A stretch of DNA of 63,741 nt, filler included, from Albugo candida (Eukaryota), in the NCBI GenBank assembly GCA_040437565.1. It is 53 parts of 53 records of this genome, joined end to end, with 100 filler letters (N's around TTAATTAATTAA, not from the genome) between each part and the next. Parts side by side here need not be neighbours in the genome. Positions count along the whole stretch, not along the records: positions 1 to 1,144 come from JBDOQK010000651.1; positions 1,245 to 2,387 come from JBDOQK010000652.1; positions 2,488 to 3,630 come from JBDOQK010000653.1; positions 3,731 to 4,873 come from JBDOQK010000654.1; positions 4,974 to 6,114 come from JBDOQK010000655.1; positions 6,215 to 7,355 come from JBDOQK010000656.1; positions 7,456 to 8,595 come from JBDOQK010000657.1; positions 8,696 to 9,834 come from JBDOQK010000658.1; 45 more parts are not named here. One strand, written 5' to 3'. The notes under the pieces are model-generated. The model saw only the letters and a program-made list of their open reading frames with translations, was not told where the DNA came from and made no database searches. Within the stretch, counting starts at the first letter, position 1. Each line of letters starts with the position of its first letter. Positions 1 to 11,395 of the stretch are shown here, one piece after another. A program made the translations under genes and the position numbers.

Positions 1-790
1 GAAAATCTTGAAAACGATTTCAGCAGAGTAGAAAGCGGTGGCACTGACACCATTATTACCTGTGTGTGTAAAAAAAAAAATTTGTCATTAAATAAACAAA
101 TAAAAAATTTTACGCGTTTTTTTTTATAATACATACCAGATATCAGTAGCATTAGGGGGAGGGCGAGTATCAGCAGGAGTAAAGAATGAGCGAATGATAG
201 TAACATAAAAGGTAGATGGAACGCGGCGAATATACTAAGAACCAAGATGGCTAAATCGCGTAAAAAAAATTAGTATGGTTGTACTATAGATTTTTTGACT
301 AATTGATTAAGTTTATCAAACATTACCATTTGAACAGTTGGAGGTACAAGTAAATTGACCAGTTAAGAAACGAAGCTCTTCGCCATTGTTCTTGATACGG
401 ATCTTGAAGAGTCCACCTGCACGCTTGGCACTACCACCAGAGAAAGCTTCTTGAGGTTCAACTTATTTAAAACAAGTATTAATTCATAAAAGTAGTCATC
501 GGAATGTATAAATATATTTTTAAACTTACAATATAACGCATAAATTGTTCTTGATTCATAACAAGAGAAGCGACGTACTTACGACCATCCAATTCAGTAA
601 GAGTACCACTAGGAATACCTTAACCATCAGCGTCTTCAAAAGACTTCCGTACCTTATGAGGGGATCAATGGCGACATCATAATAGTGGATGTTTTGGGTA
701 GGAAAAGAGATAGCTTCAAAGAAGTTGGCTCTGACATAGACCTTCTTACCATTATTGCCAGCTTCAGGACATTTAACAACTTTTTTAATT
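1..790 (-). pseudogene. Argonaute pseudogene, N-terminal ArgoN/L1 region, four exon remnants (runs off contig)
   Basis: Manual translation: KCPEAGNNGKKVYVRANFFEAISFPTQNIHYYDVAIDP / KVRKSFEDADG*GI..ELDGRK / GGSAKRAGGLFKIRIKNNGEELRFLTGQ..TSNCSN / AILVLSIFRRVPS..IIRSFFTPADTRPPPNATDIW / VSATAFY. Introns about 529-463, 326-251, 136-60. Frameshift near 655-660, TAA at 620-622. Confidence 0.85.
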
Positions 791-1144
791 GCAAAAGTAA
801 AAAAAAAAAAAAGTAAAAGAAAAAGAGGTAAAAATAGTCGTATTCCCCGATATAATTCATTCTTTGGTGAACTTCTTCAGAGTATATTTGACTTTCTTCT
901 AGCCATTTTTGGTTCATCTTCTTAAGTAAAGAAGGGTTGTAACTGATTTTATAGAGGTCTAAAGCGTCAAGTAGATGATTGGAGACTTTCGGTCCTTTTG
1001 CCAACGATTTTTTGAGTTAATAAGCAGCGAGTTGCTTCACAATAACACAAGAATGTATCCAAATAGCTAGTATCAAGATACACCTTGCCCACCACTCCTG
1101 CATTGTGAACGAATCAGCCCAGGTCTTTCTCGACGAATCGCTGG

Positions 1145-1244
1145 NNNNNNNNNNNNNNNNNNNNNNNNNNNNNNNNNNNNNNNNNNNNTTAATTAATTAA
1201 NNNNNNNNNNNNNNNNNNNNNNNNNNNNNNNNNNNNNNNNNNNN
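1145..1244. other. Artificial contig linker (first of 52 identical ones, every ~1.16-1.24 kb)
   Basis: 44 N + TTAATTAATTAA + 44 N; stop codons in all six frames; intervening contigs decrease monotonically in length. Confidence 0.99.
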
Positions 1245-1557
1245 TCGCCACGTATTTCGATAGGAATACAACAGCACGAATATCGTGAATTGAAGCAATC
1301 CGGTGAGTGATGGTAGCGTTCACTTGATTTATCTGACAAATCACTTATTCGACATAAATGATGGTGTCGATACTATCAAGTTACATTCCTACGAGATTAC
1401 AAATACGATCCCTGCAATGACACGTAGATCTCTTACAAGTCATAAAATCCAGGCAACAATGAAACAACAAGTGGTAGAGTGATTCTGGCACTCAGCTTCT
1501 CTCACTTTTCAATTTCACTTGTTCCAGTGATCTACCAGCAACACCAAGCATCAACCT

Positions 1558-2387
1558 TTGATTCCATTCATTATGAATATTCAACGAATTTTGAGCATCA
1601 CAGCCTCTGCCATCTTGTTTTACGCACAAATTGACACCGCAAGCGCTCAGGATGCGCCTGTTCCTACAATTGGTGATTCGAACACAGCACCCTCAGGCAC
1701 CCCGGCCGATTCAGGTGCCACCGGCCAATCCCAGACAGAAGGAGGAATACTGCCATTTGGCTCCAATCCATACAACTCGTTCCCCAATGGCCAAATGGGA
1801 GCACCCTTTGGAAACCCAGGCATGATGCCAGGTGGACAGATGCCTATCCCCCGCGCTCCATTCATGCCACCCGTTCCCGGTCAAATCTCACAGTTCCCGA
1901 ATCCAGGCATGCTTCCAGGTGGGCAATTGCCTATCCCGCGCTCTCCAATCTCGCCACCCATTCCTGGTCAAATGTCCCAGTTCCCATATCCAAACCCAAA
2001 CCCAAATCCATTTCCGAATCCTAACCCAAACCCATACTATGGCTGTACACCCGTAAGTGTTAAAGGAGATGCGACATACTGTGTGCAGGGCCCAGTTTGT
2101 TCTGGATCTGGTTACGCACCTGCTGGTGTGATGTGTCCACAGGCTGGTGACTTTGCCGTTGGCGATTGCAAACCGGGTCTACCAAGTTCGGGTCTACCTA
2201 ATATGGGCCTAGGGCTGAGTTGTAGGCTACCAATGCAAACATTATGTGTTCAAGTGAATTGGGATACATGGGGATGCGCTATGGAAAACGACTGGGGCCT
2301 CCAAAATGGAGGCTACCATGGAGGGCAATCATTTTACCCACCACCCGGGCTCGGGCCATCGAAATGGGGAGCTTCTCCTATTGCTCA
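1558..2387 (+). CDS. Secreted Pro/Gly/Gln-rich protein with oomycete-type Cys-rich domain (Car/mucin-like family), 3'-truncated
   Basis: Signal peptide (MNIQRILSITASAILFYAQIDTASA); two 29-aa PGMxPGGQ repeats; PN repeats; motif VSVKGDATYCVQGPVCSGSG..PAG..CP..GD.AV.DC...C..P....C.....TWGC, which I recognise from oomycete secreted proteins. Confidence 0.75.
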
Positions 2388-2720
2388 NNNNNNNNNNNNN
2401 NNNNNNNNNNNNNNNNNNNNNNNNNNNNNNNTTAATTAATTAANNNNNNNNNNNNNNNNNNNNNNNNNNNNNNNNNNNNNNNNNNNNTAAGGTTTTACTC
2501 CAAAATTGACATTCCGACAGATCAAAACGCAACAGAAATTGGAAAAAAGTAAAATTTTTTGTAATTTTTTTTTACAGTTATATATTCTTTAGACCTTCAA
2601 ATGTTGTTTACACACTGGGATTTTTTGATTTCGAGTGTTAACATTGCCTTTTTTGGAAATGTCGGATTTTGAATTTTTTGAATTTCCCAAATTAAAGATT
2701 GGTATCACAAAATTTTGATC

Positions 2721-3630
2721 CTCACTGGGTTTTTCTCAAAAGTAATTTTTTTCAAGTGTAAACGGCGACTGAAGTACACTATTTTTAAGGATGAAAAAAA
2801 AAATCTGAGTTTGAATTATTTTTATGTTTATTGATATTGTTTGTTTTCACCCCTCACTGGATTTTCTTGAAAAGCGATTTTTTTAAGTGTAAACGACGAT
2901 TGTAAATGTCGTCTGAATTACACTATTTTTAAGGCTTTCAAAAAATAATCTGAGTTTGTATTATAGGTATATATATTGCCATCGTATGTTTTTGCTCCTC
3001 ACTGGGGTTTTCTCAAAAGTATTTTTTTTAAGTGTAAACAACGACTGAAATACACTATTTTTAAGGATGAAAAAAAAAATCTGAGTTTGAATTATTTTTA
3101 TGTTTATTGATATTGTTTGTTTTCACCCCTCACTGGATTTTCTTGAAAAGCGATTTTTTTAAGTGTAAACGACGATTGTAAATGTCGTCTGAATTACACT
3201 ATTTTTAAGGCTTTCAAAAAATAATCTGAGTTTGTATTATAGGTATATATATTGCCATCGTATGTTTTTGCTCCTCACTGGGGTTTTCTCAAAAGTATTT
3301 TTTTTAAGTGTAAACAACGACTGAAATACACTATTTTTAAGGATGAAAAAAAAAATCTGAGTTTGAATTATTTTTATGTTTATTGATATTGTTTGTTTTC
3401 ACCCCTCACTGGATTTTCTTGAAAAGCGATTTTTTTAAGTGTAAACGACGATTGTAAATGTCGTCTGAATTACACTATTTTTAAGGCTTTCAAAAAATAA
3501 TCTGAGTTTGTATTATAGGTATATATATTGCCATCGTATGTTTTTGCTCCTCACTGGGGTTTTCTCAAAAGTATTTTTTTTAAGTGTAAACAACGACTGA
3601 AATACACTATTTTTAAGGATGAAAAAAAAA
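2721..3630. repeat. Tandem satellite, 276-bp unit made of two related ~133/143-bp halves, ~3.3 copies
   Basis: CTCACTGGG recurs at 2721, 2998, 3274, 3550; both halves share CTCACTGG..AAGTGTAAAC..TACACTATTTTTAAGG..AATCTGAGTTTG. Confidence 0.95.
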
Positions 3631-4157
3631 NNNNNNNNNNNNNNNNNNNNNNNNNNNNNNNNNNNNNNNNNNNNTTAATTAATTAANNNNNNNNNNNNNN
3701 NNNNNNNNNNNNNNNNNNNNNNNNNNNNNNCATACAGCATATAAACGTGTGTACAACACCTAAAACAAGCATATGCAGCAAATCATGTAAAAAGTGCTTT
3801 TATTCCCAATATGTTCAGTAGAGCATATTTAGACAAATTCAGCATTTATGCATGCAAATTGTGGCAAATTAAGCATATGTTCGTTTTTGTACACCTTATA
3901 TTGCCGTATACCATATACATATGCTTTATTTGCCCTCGTACGCTGTATTTTAGAAATTATAACGCATAATTATTTTCATGGTGATTGCCAACATCTCATT
4001 TTCCAATAACCAACCTTTACGTAGATATGGGCGTCATAGACTATAAGCACTGATCCTAAAATTATTAAAATGACTCGTATTTATTCTGCAGTCACAAGTT
4101 ATTTTTTAACATTTATTCCGCAGTCACAAGTTATTTTATTTGTGATGCACATATTTT

Positions 4158-4250
4158 TAGCAGTTGAGTGACGACCATATTTCTAGCAGTTGAGTGACGA
4201 CCATATTTCTAGCAGTTGAGTGAAGGGGGGTCTGGGGGGTTCGCCCCCCA
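4158..4250. repeat. 26-bp tandem repeat (~2.5 copies) followed by GC hairpin TGGGGGG-TTCG-CCCCCCA
   Basis: TAGCAGTTGAGTGA at 4158, 4184, 4210; perfect 7-bp stem at 4233-4250. Confidence 0.85.
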
Positions 4251-4584
4251 TAGAACCTGTAACAGTTGAGTAAAGAACATATTTTTAGCAGCTGTAGGAA
4301 GAGGGCAGTCACCAGTATAAATCTTTTTTTTTCTTTTTTCACTTTACATCTACTAAATGATATTAGCTAAATATTCGTGGTATGGATTATAGTTTTGCTG
4401 AAAAGAACAGGCCATCAAATATTACTCAGGTCAATAAATGATTCTTTTTTATTTTACATATGCGTTTTTTGGGATAAAAATCTGTGGTTTAGAAAATAAT
4501 CAACGTGTATTCTATACTTAGTGACAAGCACACGATCTTTAAATATTAATAAACACATAGTTAGGCTATATAAAATAATGTGTT

Positions 4585-4873
4585 CTTTTGAAACATTGAA
4601 GTGCGCGCTTGGTTTATTTTCGAAGTCACTCTTTTTTTTTTATGTTCAAAGTCCATGCTTAATTTTTGTTTCGAAGCTCAAGCTTATATTTTCGAAGTGC
4701 CAGCTTAACTCTTTTGAAGTCACACTTATTTTTATTTCCAAAGTTCACGCTTAAAATTTTATTTCGAAGCTCACGCTAATATTTTCGAAGCTCCAGCTTA
4801 ACTCTTTCGAAGTCACACTTATTGTTTCAAAGTCACGCTTAAAATTTTATTTCGAAGCTCACGCTAATATTTT
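4585..4873. repeat. Array of ~21-24 bp TTCGAAG(C/T)..CAC..T motifs, likely transposon subterminal repeats
   Basis: About a dozen TTCGAAG/TTCAAAG cores at regular spacing, with a duplicated ~90-bp block at the contig end. Confidence 0.7.
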
Positions 4874-4973
4874 NNNNNNNNNNNNNNNNNNNNNNNNNNN
4901 NNNNNNNNNNNNNNNNNTTAATTAATTAANNNNNNNNNNNNNNNNNNNNNNNNNNNNNNNNNNNNNNNNNNNN

Positions 4974-5110
4974 AATCCAGGTTTGCTAAACCTAGAAAAA
5001 AAAATGACCTGATTCCAGGTTTGCCAAACCTAAAATTATTTTCTCACCGGCTTTCCGGTTATTTTCAAAGATTTCCAGGTGGAGCAAACCTGGAATTAAT
5101 CGCCTTGGTG
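4974..5110 (-). mobile_element. Probable terminus of a second element inserted into the transposase
   Basis: Transposase similarity stops at ACFLCRT; minus strand then reads CACCAAGGCGATTAATTCCAGG; three palindromic CCAGGT....AAACCT(G/A) units at ~4977, 5015, 5075. Confidence 0.5.
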
Positions 5111-6077
5111 TACGGCAAAGAAAGCAAGCTCGAGTGGACATATACGAAGTAAGACCAGCCACCTTTCTTTGACTTGGTAAGTCACAAGAAATGCTATAGA
5201 GCGCAGCAGAAATATAAACGCCTTCGGGATTGTTGTAAGTAGACATGAGTACACCACCAACAAGAGAATTCAATTCAGAAACAAGAGGGGCAAGTGCCTT
5301 GTGCATAGCATAATATGGATGCTCCTTTGGACCGGGTAACACGCTTATCAGAATACTTTTTTCTTTAACCACCCTATGATCATTTGAAAGATTCATTATA
5401 GTAGCATAAATGCCGCCGGTGCTTGAACTTCCATACTCAAAGGTATTCCACCAGTCAACATTTATTGTAATCAAGAGGGAACGACGATGATCTACAAATT
5501 TACCAGTTCCAGAGACGTCAACAATTTTGTCCCACAATGCTCCATCACAGGGATGAAACATTTTACTGTCATTGTTCTTGCTACCAGGGTTACTGTAATA
5601 TTTTCTGGTTCTCCATGCTTCAAGATGTTCTTCAAAGTTAGGTCTTTGGAATAAGAGGTAAATATATCTTTTCAAACTGTGATATAAATAACATTTGATA
5701 GGAGTGTTGGAGTCTTGTTTAAACAGAGGAGCACCGCAAACAGCATTATTATTCAATATGTCAGGAAAGTTACAAGTTCTTGGGGGAGGAGGAGAAACGA
5801 GAGTATCGTCCACCGAAAAAAGATAAATTTCATAGCAAACACAGCATTGGGCGTAGACTCGGACTCCTTTGGACAATGACGTAAATTCTGTTCTCTTCTT
5901 TAAAGTGGCAATAGCAGCGGGCAAATTTACTTTTGTTGACTTCTTAAGGAATTTCAAGAGATGACCTGCAGCCGAGTGAGGGAGAAAGGTAACATGAAAA
6001 AGCATAACAAAAAACGACATGAACAATTCACCGTTTGGAAGTACAGTAGTATCAGAATTATCTATTTTAATTTTCAA
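5111..6077 (-). mobile_element. CACTA/CMC transposase (Transposase_21/Tnp2-like) fragment
   Basis: CxxC..C..CGAPLFK zinc motif; DGALW; LITINVDWWNTF..STGGIYATIMNL..R...SILISVLPGPKE; ISCDLPSQRKVAG...RACFLC. Confidence 0.9.
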
Positions 6078-6214
6078 ATTAATAAAAGTAATATTTTTAG
6101 TAAAAAAAAAAAAANNNNNNNNNNNNNNNNNNNNNNNNNNNNNNNNNNNNNNNNNNNNTTAATTAATTAANNNNNNNNNNNNNNNNNNNNNNNNNNNNNN
6201 NNNNNNNNNNNNNN

Positions 6215-6550
6215 AATTCATCATCAAAGCGCGAACCGTCAGCATTTGAGCATGCGATGTAGCCTAATCGGCGATGTAAAAAATGTAACAGGGAAGAACA
6301 TGATATCCAAAAGTGTCCCACGAAGATTTCAAGACCATTGTCATCTTGTGGGCAAGATGAAAGGCCATTTCAAATTTCAATGACGTATTCCGTGGTTATC
6401 CTGTCACCATTACACAGCAATGAATTGAAGGGAACTGATGCAGGTGAGCGAAGTGAATATAATATTTAAATTAATTTCATCTCCTTGGCATTGTCAGAAC
6501 GCTCACCTCTCTCCAGTATCCCTAAGTTTGCCCAATCATATATTGCACAG
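6215..6550 (-). mobile_element. Highly degenerate Ty1/copia integrase remnants
   Basis: Minus-strand FLHRRLGYI (pre-integrase WHxRLGH-like) and ERSDNAKEM (RSDNGxE-like); many stops and out of normal order. Confidence 0.3.
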
Positions 6551-7455
6551 GTTGTAGATGGGTGGAAATACCACCGTCATTTGGTGGAAATAGCAATTCC
6601 CTACATTAACTGGAGTTAGAAATCTAAAACTTAATAAGCGCAGTTTCCATTTTCCTCGAACGTAGTGCCCTGAGCCATCTCCTCCACAACCTCCTCATCA
6701 ACAGAATACAGAAATAATACAAAATAAACTTGCAATTGAATGAGCAAGAAAGCGGACGAATCAAGTGTGCATCAAACGTGCGTGTGCCCACCTTAGAATC
6801 TTCAAATCAAGCTTGAGACGCGTCTTTTTCAGAAATCGCCAAGAATTGTCGTAATGGCTCGAACTTTTGTGACTGTACTAAGCGTTGCTTGCTTGAGCGC
6901 GTTAGGTACGAGATCGCAAACTCTTGAAGAAACAAATGGGCCTGCATTATGCACGAGCGTACGAGGTACGGTTGCGCTTGTGAACTCAGTGTCTTCTCTT
7001 TTTGCCAAGAGCGCAAGTTGAAATTTATCACGCAGGCAGGCCTGGTGCAATGGATGCTATTCGAAATCGTATGCCTACTTCTTCTTATCATAAAAGAACT
7101 AACTCGCTCAAGAAATGTGGAGAAAACACTTGGCAGGATACAGAGAAGTCCCGTTTTAGCAGTAATTGCGAACGATTTTCTCATTCCTTGCATTATAAGC
7201 GAAAAAAAATGCAACGTTGTGAAAGCATGCCTGAAAGAAAGAACGAGGCAAATGTTGGAGAAACATTTGACTTTCCTGATGAGGAACAATCGAGCACTGC
7301 TGCTGAAAATAGATTGTTTAACACCCAAAAATCATCTCGTTTTCCTATAACACTTNNNNNNNNNNNNNNNNNNNNNNNNNNNNNNNNNNNNNNNNNNNNT
7401 TAATTAATTAANNNNNNNNNNNNNNNNNNNNNNNNNNNNNNNNNNNNNNNNNNNN

Positions 7456-8200
7456 TTTCCTGGTGAACCGTAAACGAACACGTTTCAAACATTATCAACT
7501 TCTTTTGTAACGCTATTCAAAAGCCTTTATTCGTTGTTATAGGTTTCCACTTTCCTTCAACGTCTATTCATTCTGTTCTAGCGATTCCAACCACTTCTTT
7601 AACGCTTGCAAATTTCGTGTGAAACTGTTTGGAAATTTGATTCAAACAGTCTCGCTTCCTCCTCAAATTCTATTTAATTGGTGTTACTCGTCCAGGTACA
7701 TTCCCATTATCCTTGTAGCGTCTTCCAAATCTTTTTAATCCGTCTGGCATCCACACTATCTTTTTGACTAAAGGTACTTTGAATGTCTTCTAGAACTGTC
7801 CCAAAACGTGTTTGAAACATTCTGACTTCGTATGCTTTTTCTATTCCAAAGTTTTATTCGTTATGTACGTTCTAACTTTCTTTGTATTTCCTCTATTTAG
7901 ACGTTTACAATCCCTGCTTGTAAATTGCCTTCTATCTATGGCATATACACAACGTACCTAGGCCCGAGTTTTACAAAAACAGCGCAAACGATCTGGATCC
8001 TCTTGTAATTCTATTTTATTGTCCTACTCAGTGGAGGTTATATCTCCACTTTTTGTAGCGTATCCACGAACGCTTTTCCTATTCCTTTCTTTGAACCTTG
8101 TCGAACTGTATCCAAAAGCGTTTTGAACATACTTAACCTTGTCTCTTTTACATTTCAGATGCTTTAACTCGAGAGAGTACGCTGCCTTCTCTTTTTTAGA
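7456..8200 (-). pseudogene. Degenerate ~335-bp tandem repeat, possibly decayed spectrin-like helical repeats
   Basis: Similar blocks at ~7475/7805/8115 and ~7655/7995; broken frames give RRIKKIWKTLQ, IEFEEEARLF, NLQALKKWLESLE. Confidence 0.3.
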
Positions 8201-8695
8201 TATGGTCAAAGTCTGATCAGACCCTCCCTAACGTTGTCTGTCTAGCTTGCGTTTTGGAGTCTGTTGTCGAGCAGTCTCCAATAACATATTCATATATTCT
8301 AGATTTTAAAGACAGAGCATCCAAAAGCAAGACAATTCCAAGTGAGCTTGGTGTCGGATACGTTCAAGTCTGAATGTTACACTGTTATTACAGGAGATCA
8401 TAAATAAAAAATCCACGATATTATATTAAAACTACACCAAGATAATTAAAATAATAAATTCCAGAGAACATTTCACATCCTACAAGGAGATTGATATATT
8501 GCAACTAAGATTGATATCCCGTTAACACCTATTACTGACAACTCCTTTATTCAGAGCATAATGAGATTTTGATGTGTAACATCTTTTGCATTTCTNNNNN
8601 NNNNNNNNNNNNNNNNNNNNNNNNNNNNNNNNNNNNNNNTTAATTAATTAANNNNNNNNNNNNNNNNNNNNNNNNNNNNNNNNNNNNNNNNNNNN

Positions 8696-9617
8696 ACGAA
8701 GCCATCGGCGTACAACGCAATTGCAATATCTTCTGGCGATTGAAACAAGTTATTTGCTTTAAATGCCTTGTAATCAGCACCATCAAAGTAATCAGAAATC
8801 ACACCAGGTACTTCTTCACGTTCACTTCTGTACTTCAACTTCTTTCGTACATCGTCGTTTCCAACAAGACGAGCAAGCTGATCACCGAGAGACATCATCT
8901 TCATTTTCTCATTGGAAACTGCATCTTTCTTCTTGCAGTACTTGTAGACATTTTCTTGCTTGTTAATATCATACAATTCACACGCGTTACCACAGATCTC
9001 GCACTCATGAGCGTTTAAAGAAACTTTCTTTTTGAACAAGTTGGTGACGGCGTTACCATGCAATATCTTTGGCTCATACTCTAAAGCAGCGCATAAAGAA
9101 AAAGGTGAGCATTTTTGTTTTAAACTATCTTTCTTACTAATAATGTCATACCGTTAGCTAATTTATCATAATTTTTTATAAGAGTGTTCATGAGATTGAC
9201 CAAACGACGATGAAGTTCAACAGAGCTTTGGAACTCGGTCATAAGATCATAGAGGTCGATACTATAAAGTTCAGATCCAGTGAAGGATTGCTCAGTTAAG
9301 TTTATTTCATCATAAACATGGCCTTCATCACCAGCTTCAAAATTACAACCGGCTTTAAATGATCTTGGAGCAGAAGGATCGAAAGAAGGTACTAATACAA
9401 TTGATTAACTTAATTAAAGAAGAGACATAGATTTTTTGTTTATATTACCTTCAGCAGAAGTAGCAGTTTCAGTCAAAGTTGGTTCCAAATCAGCACCATT
9501 ATTACCAATACTTTCAAAAACGGGCTGCTTATGAGTTCTTGCGTGGTTACTACGATCTTTAGCACTGTTGAAGGTCAGGTTGCATTGTTCACACTTGTAT
9601 TCTTTAGCAAGACGCAT
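8696..9617 (-). mobile_element. CACTA/CMC transposase N-terminal part with C2H2 zinc finger, spliced
   Basis: YKCEQCNLTF..RSNHARTH; later exon C..GNAC.LY..C..MSLGDQLARL..LKYRSERE..ISDYFDG.DYK..LF.SPEDIAIALYADGF. Confidence 0.85.
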
Positions 9618-9934
9618 TCTTTTAGTTGGTGGTTGAGAAGATATATTAGTACTTATATAAAAAGGATTTAGTTGTTTAGAAAGAAAAAAGGTAAGTGAAA
9701 ACTTGATAGAATAGAAAAAGTGAATTTTGCTTTCACATTTATATTTGGCATGTTTATTCCTTTTTCGGAAAAAATAAAATATTATGCATTTGTTTATTAC
9801 CCAAAAATACGTCAAACTTAGTTTCAGATTGTGCNNNNNNNNNNNNNNNNNNNNNNNNNNNNNNNNNNNNNNNNNNNNTTAATTAATTAANNNNNNNNNN
9901 NNNNNNNNNNNNNNNNNNNNNNNNNNNNNNNNNN

Positions 9935-11072
9935 CCATGTTGATGTATTTGATTTAAACACTGCAGCTTGGACGGTGCACAGTCTTTCGGGATATTATGT
10001 TCCAGCTCCTAGAGTATATCATACAACTACTATGCGTAAGTGAGTTATGATTTGTCCAATATGCTTTTAAAATGTTGACCTAAATGCAACACTCTAATAT
10101 TATTTGTTAGTTCCATCCGGTGATCATGTCATGCTATATGGCGGAAGCTCAGAAATAGGAAATACGTTCGGTAAGAAACTTTTACTTTTTATCTAAAGAC
10201 GGTTTACTGAAAGTGATTATCAATAGCTCTTAGCGAATATTGTTTCACACTAGATCTACGCACTTTTGTTTGGACTCAGCACTCCATACCTAACGCACCT
10301 CAAACTGCTAAATTAGCTAGGACCAGACATTCAGGTATATTCATTATTTAAAACTATAGCAGCTCAGGTTATCTCACAAGTACTAAAAACGCATTTATCC
10401 TTGTCAGTCGTACTTGCAGATAACACAGCCTTTGTTATATTTGGAAAAGATGATACAAATACGGCCACAAACTCTGTCTTGACTCTTGATGTCTCGGATC
10501 CATTGAACATAACATATATCGAAAAACATGTTAACCCTAATATCCCACTTTTCTCTTCTGAAAATCGAGCAGATCAAACATCCCAAAATCCAACAAATCG
10601 AGAAGGTATTAAGTCACTTGAAACCGGAGCAATCGTTGGTATTGCTATTGGCGCAGCTGTTGTAGTATGTTATATACGACATTATATATCCAAGATTAAA
10701 AGAGAGTTACTGATTTAATTTATTATTACCCTTGTGTTTAGGGTATTGTTGGTATCTTAGGAATTATTTTCTGCTTGCGCCGCAGGAAGGGAAGTTCAGA
10801 GACAAAAGAAGCAAATGAAATAGAAGTTAATTGGGATGAAATGGATAAGCAATATATTGAGGTGATAAAAAATGATCCTGTTCGTTTTACTAATTTATCT
10901 GAAGATACTGCAACAGCTAACAAACCTAACAGCGTTGTTGATAGAAATTTGGAGTCCAACAACGCACCTATGTCTAAAGCTACAGGTACAAGCAGTAAAC
11001 AGCTTCCTAACGTTGTCGAAGATCAAAAACTTGTTCAGCGTCCCGATACAAGTTTAGTTGAAAAACCTGATG
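9935..11072 (+). CDS. Kelch-repeat single-pass membrane protein, multi-exon, partial
   Basis: PAPRVYHTTT / VMLYGG / CFTLDLRTFVW / ARTRHS / FVIFG kelch motifs; GAIVGIAIGAAVV-intron-GIVGILGIIFCLRRRK TM plus basic stop-transfer; short GT-AG introns. Confidence 0.85.
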
Positions 11073-11395
11073 NNNNNNNNNNNNNNNNNNNNNNNNNNNN
11101 NNNNNNNNNNNNNNNNTTAATTAATTAANNNNNNNNNNNNNNNNNNNNNNNNNNNNNNNNNNNNNNNNNNNNCATATTTTTATGTCAGTCCCGTGAAAAA
11201 AAAAAAAAAAAACTAGTAACTTGATTATTATTCGCAGAGTTTATAAAAGGTGAAAAAAACTTATATCAAATCAACTTCTTTGAAATTAAAATAGAAAGGC
11301 GATTGAAAACAAAAACAAAAAAAGATTTAAGTTGACATATATTTTCAATTCCCCCTTTTCTCTATTATTTAATATATAGAAAAAATTAAAGAAAA

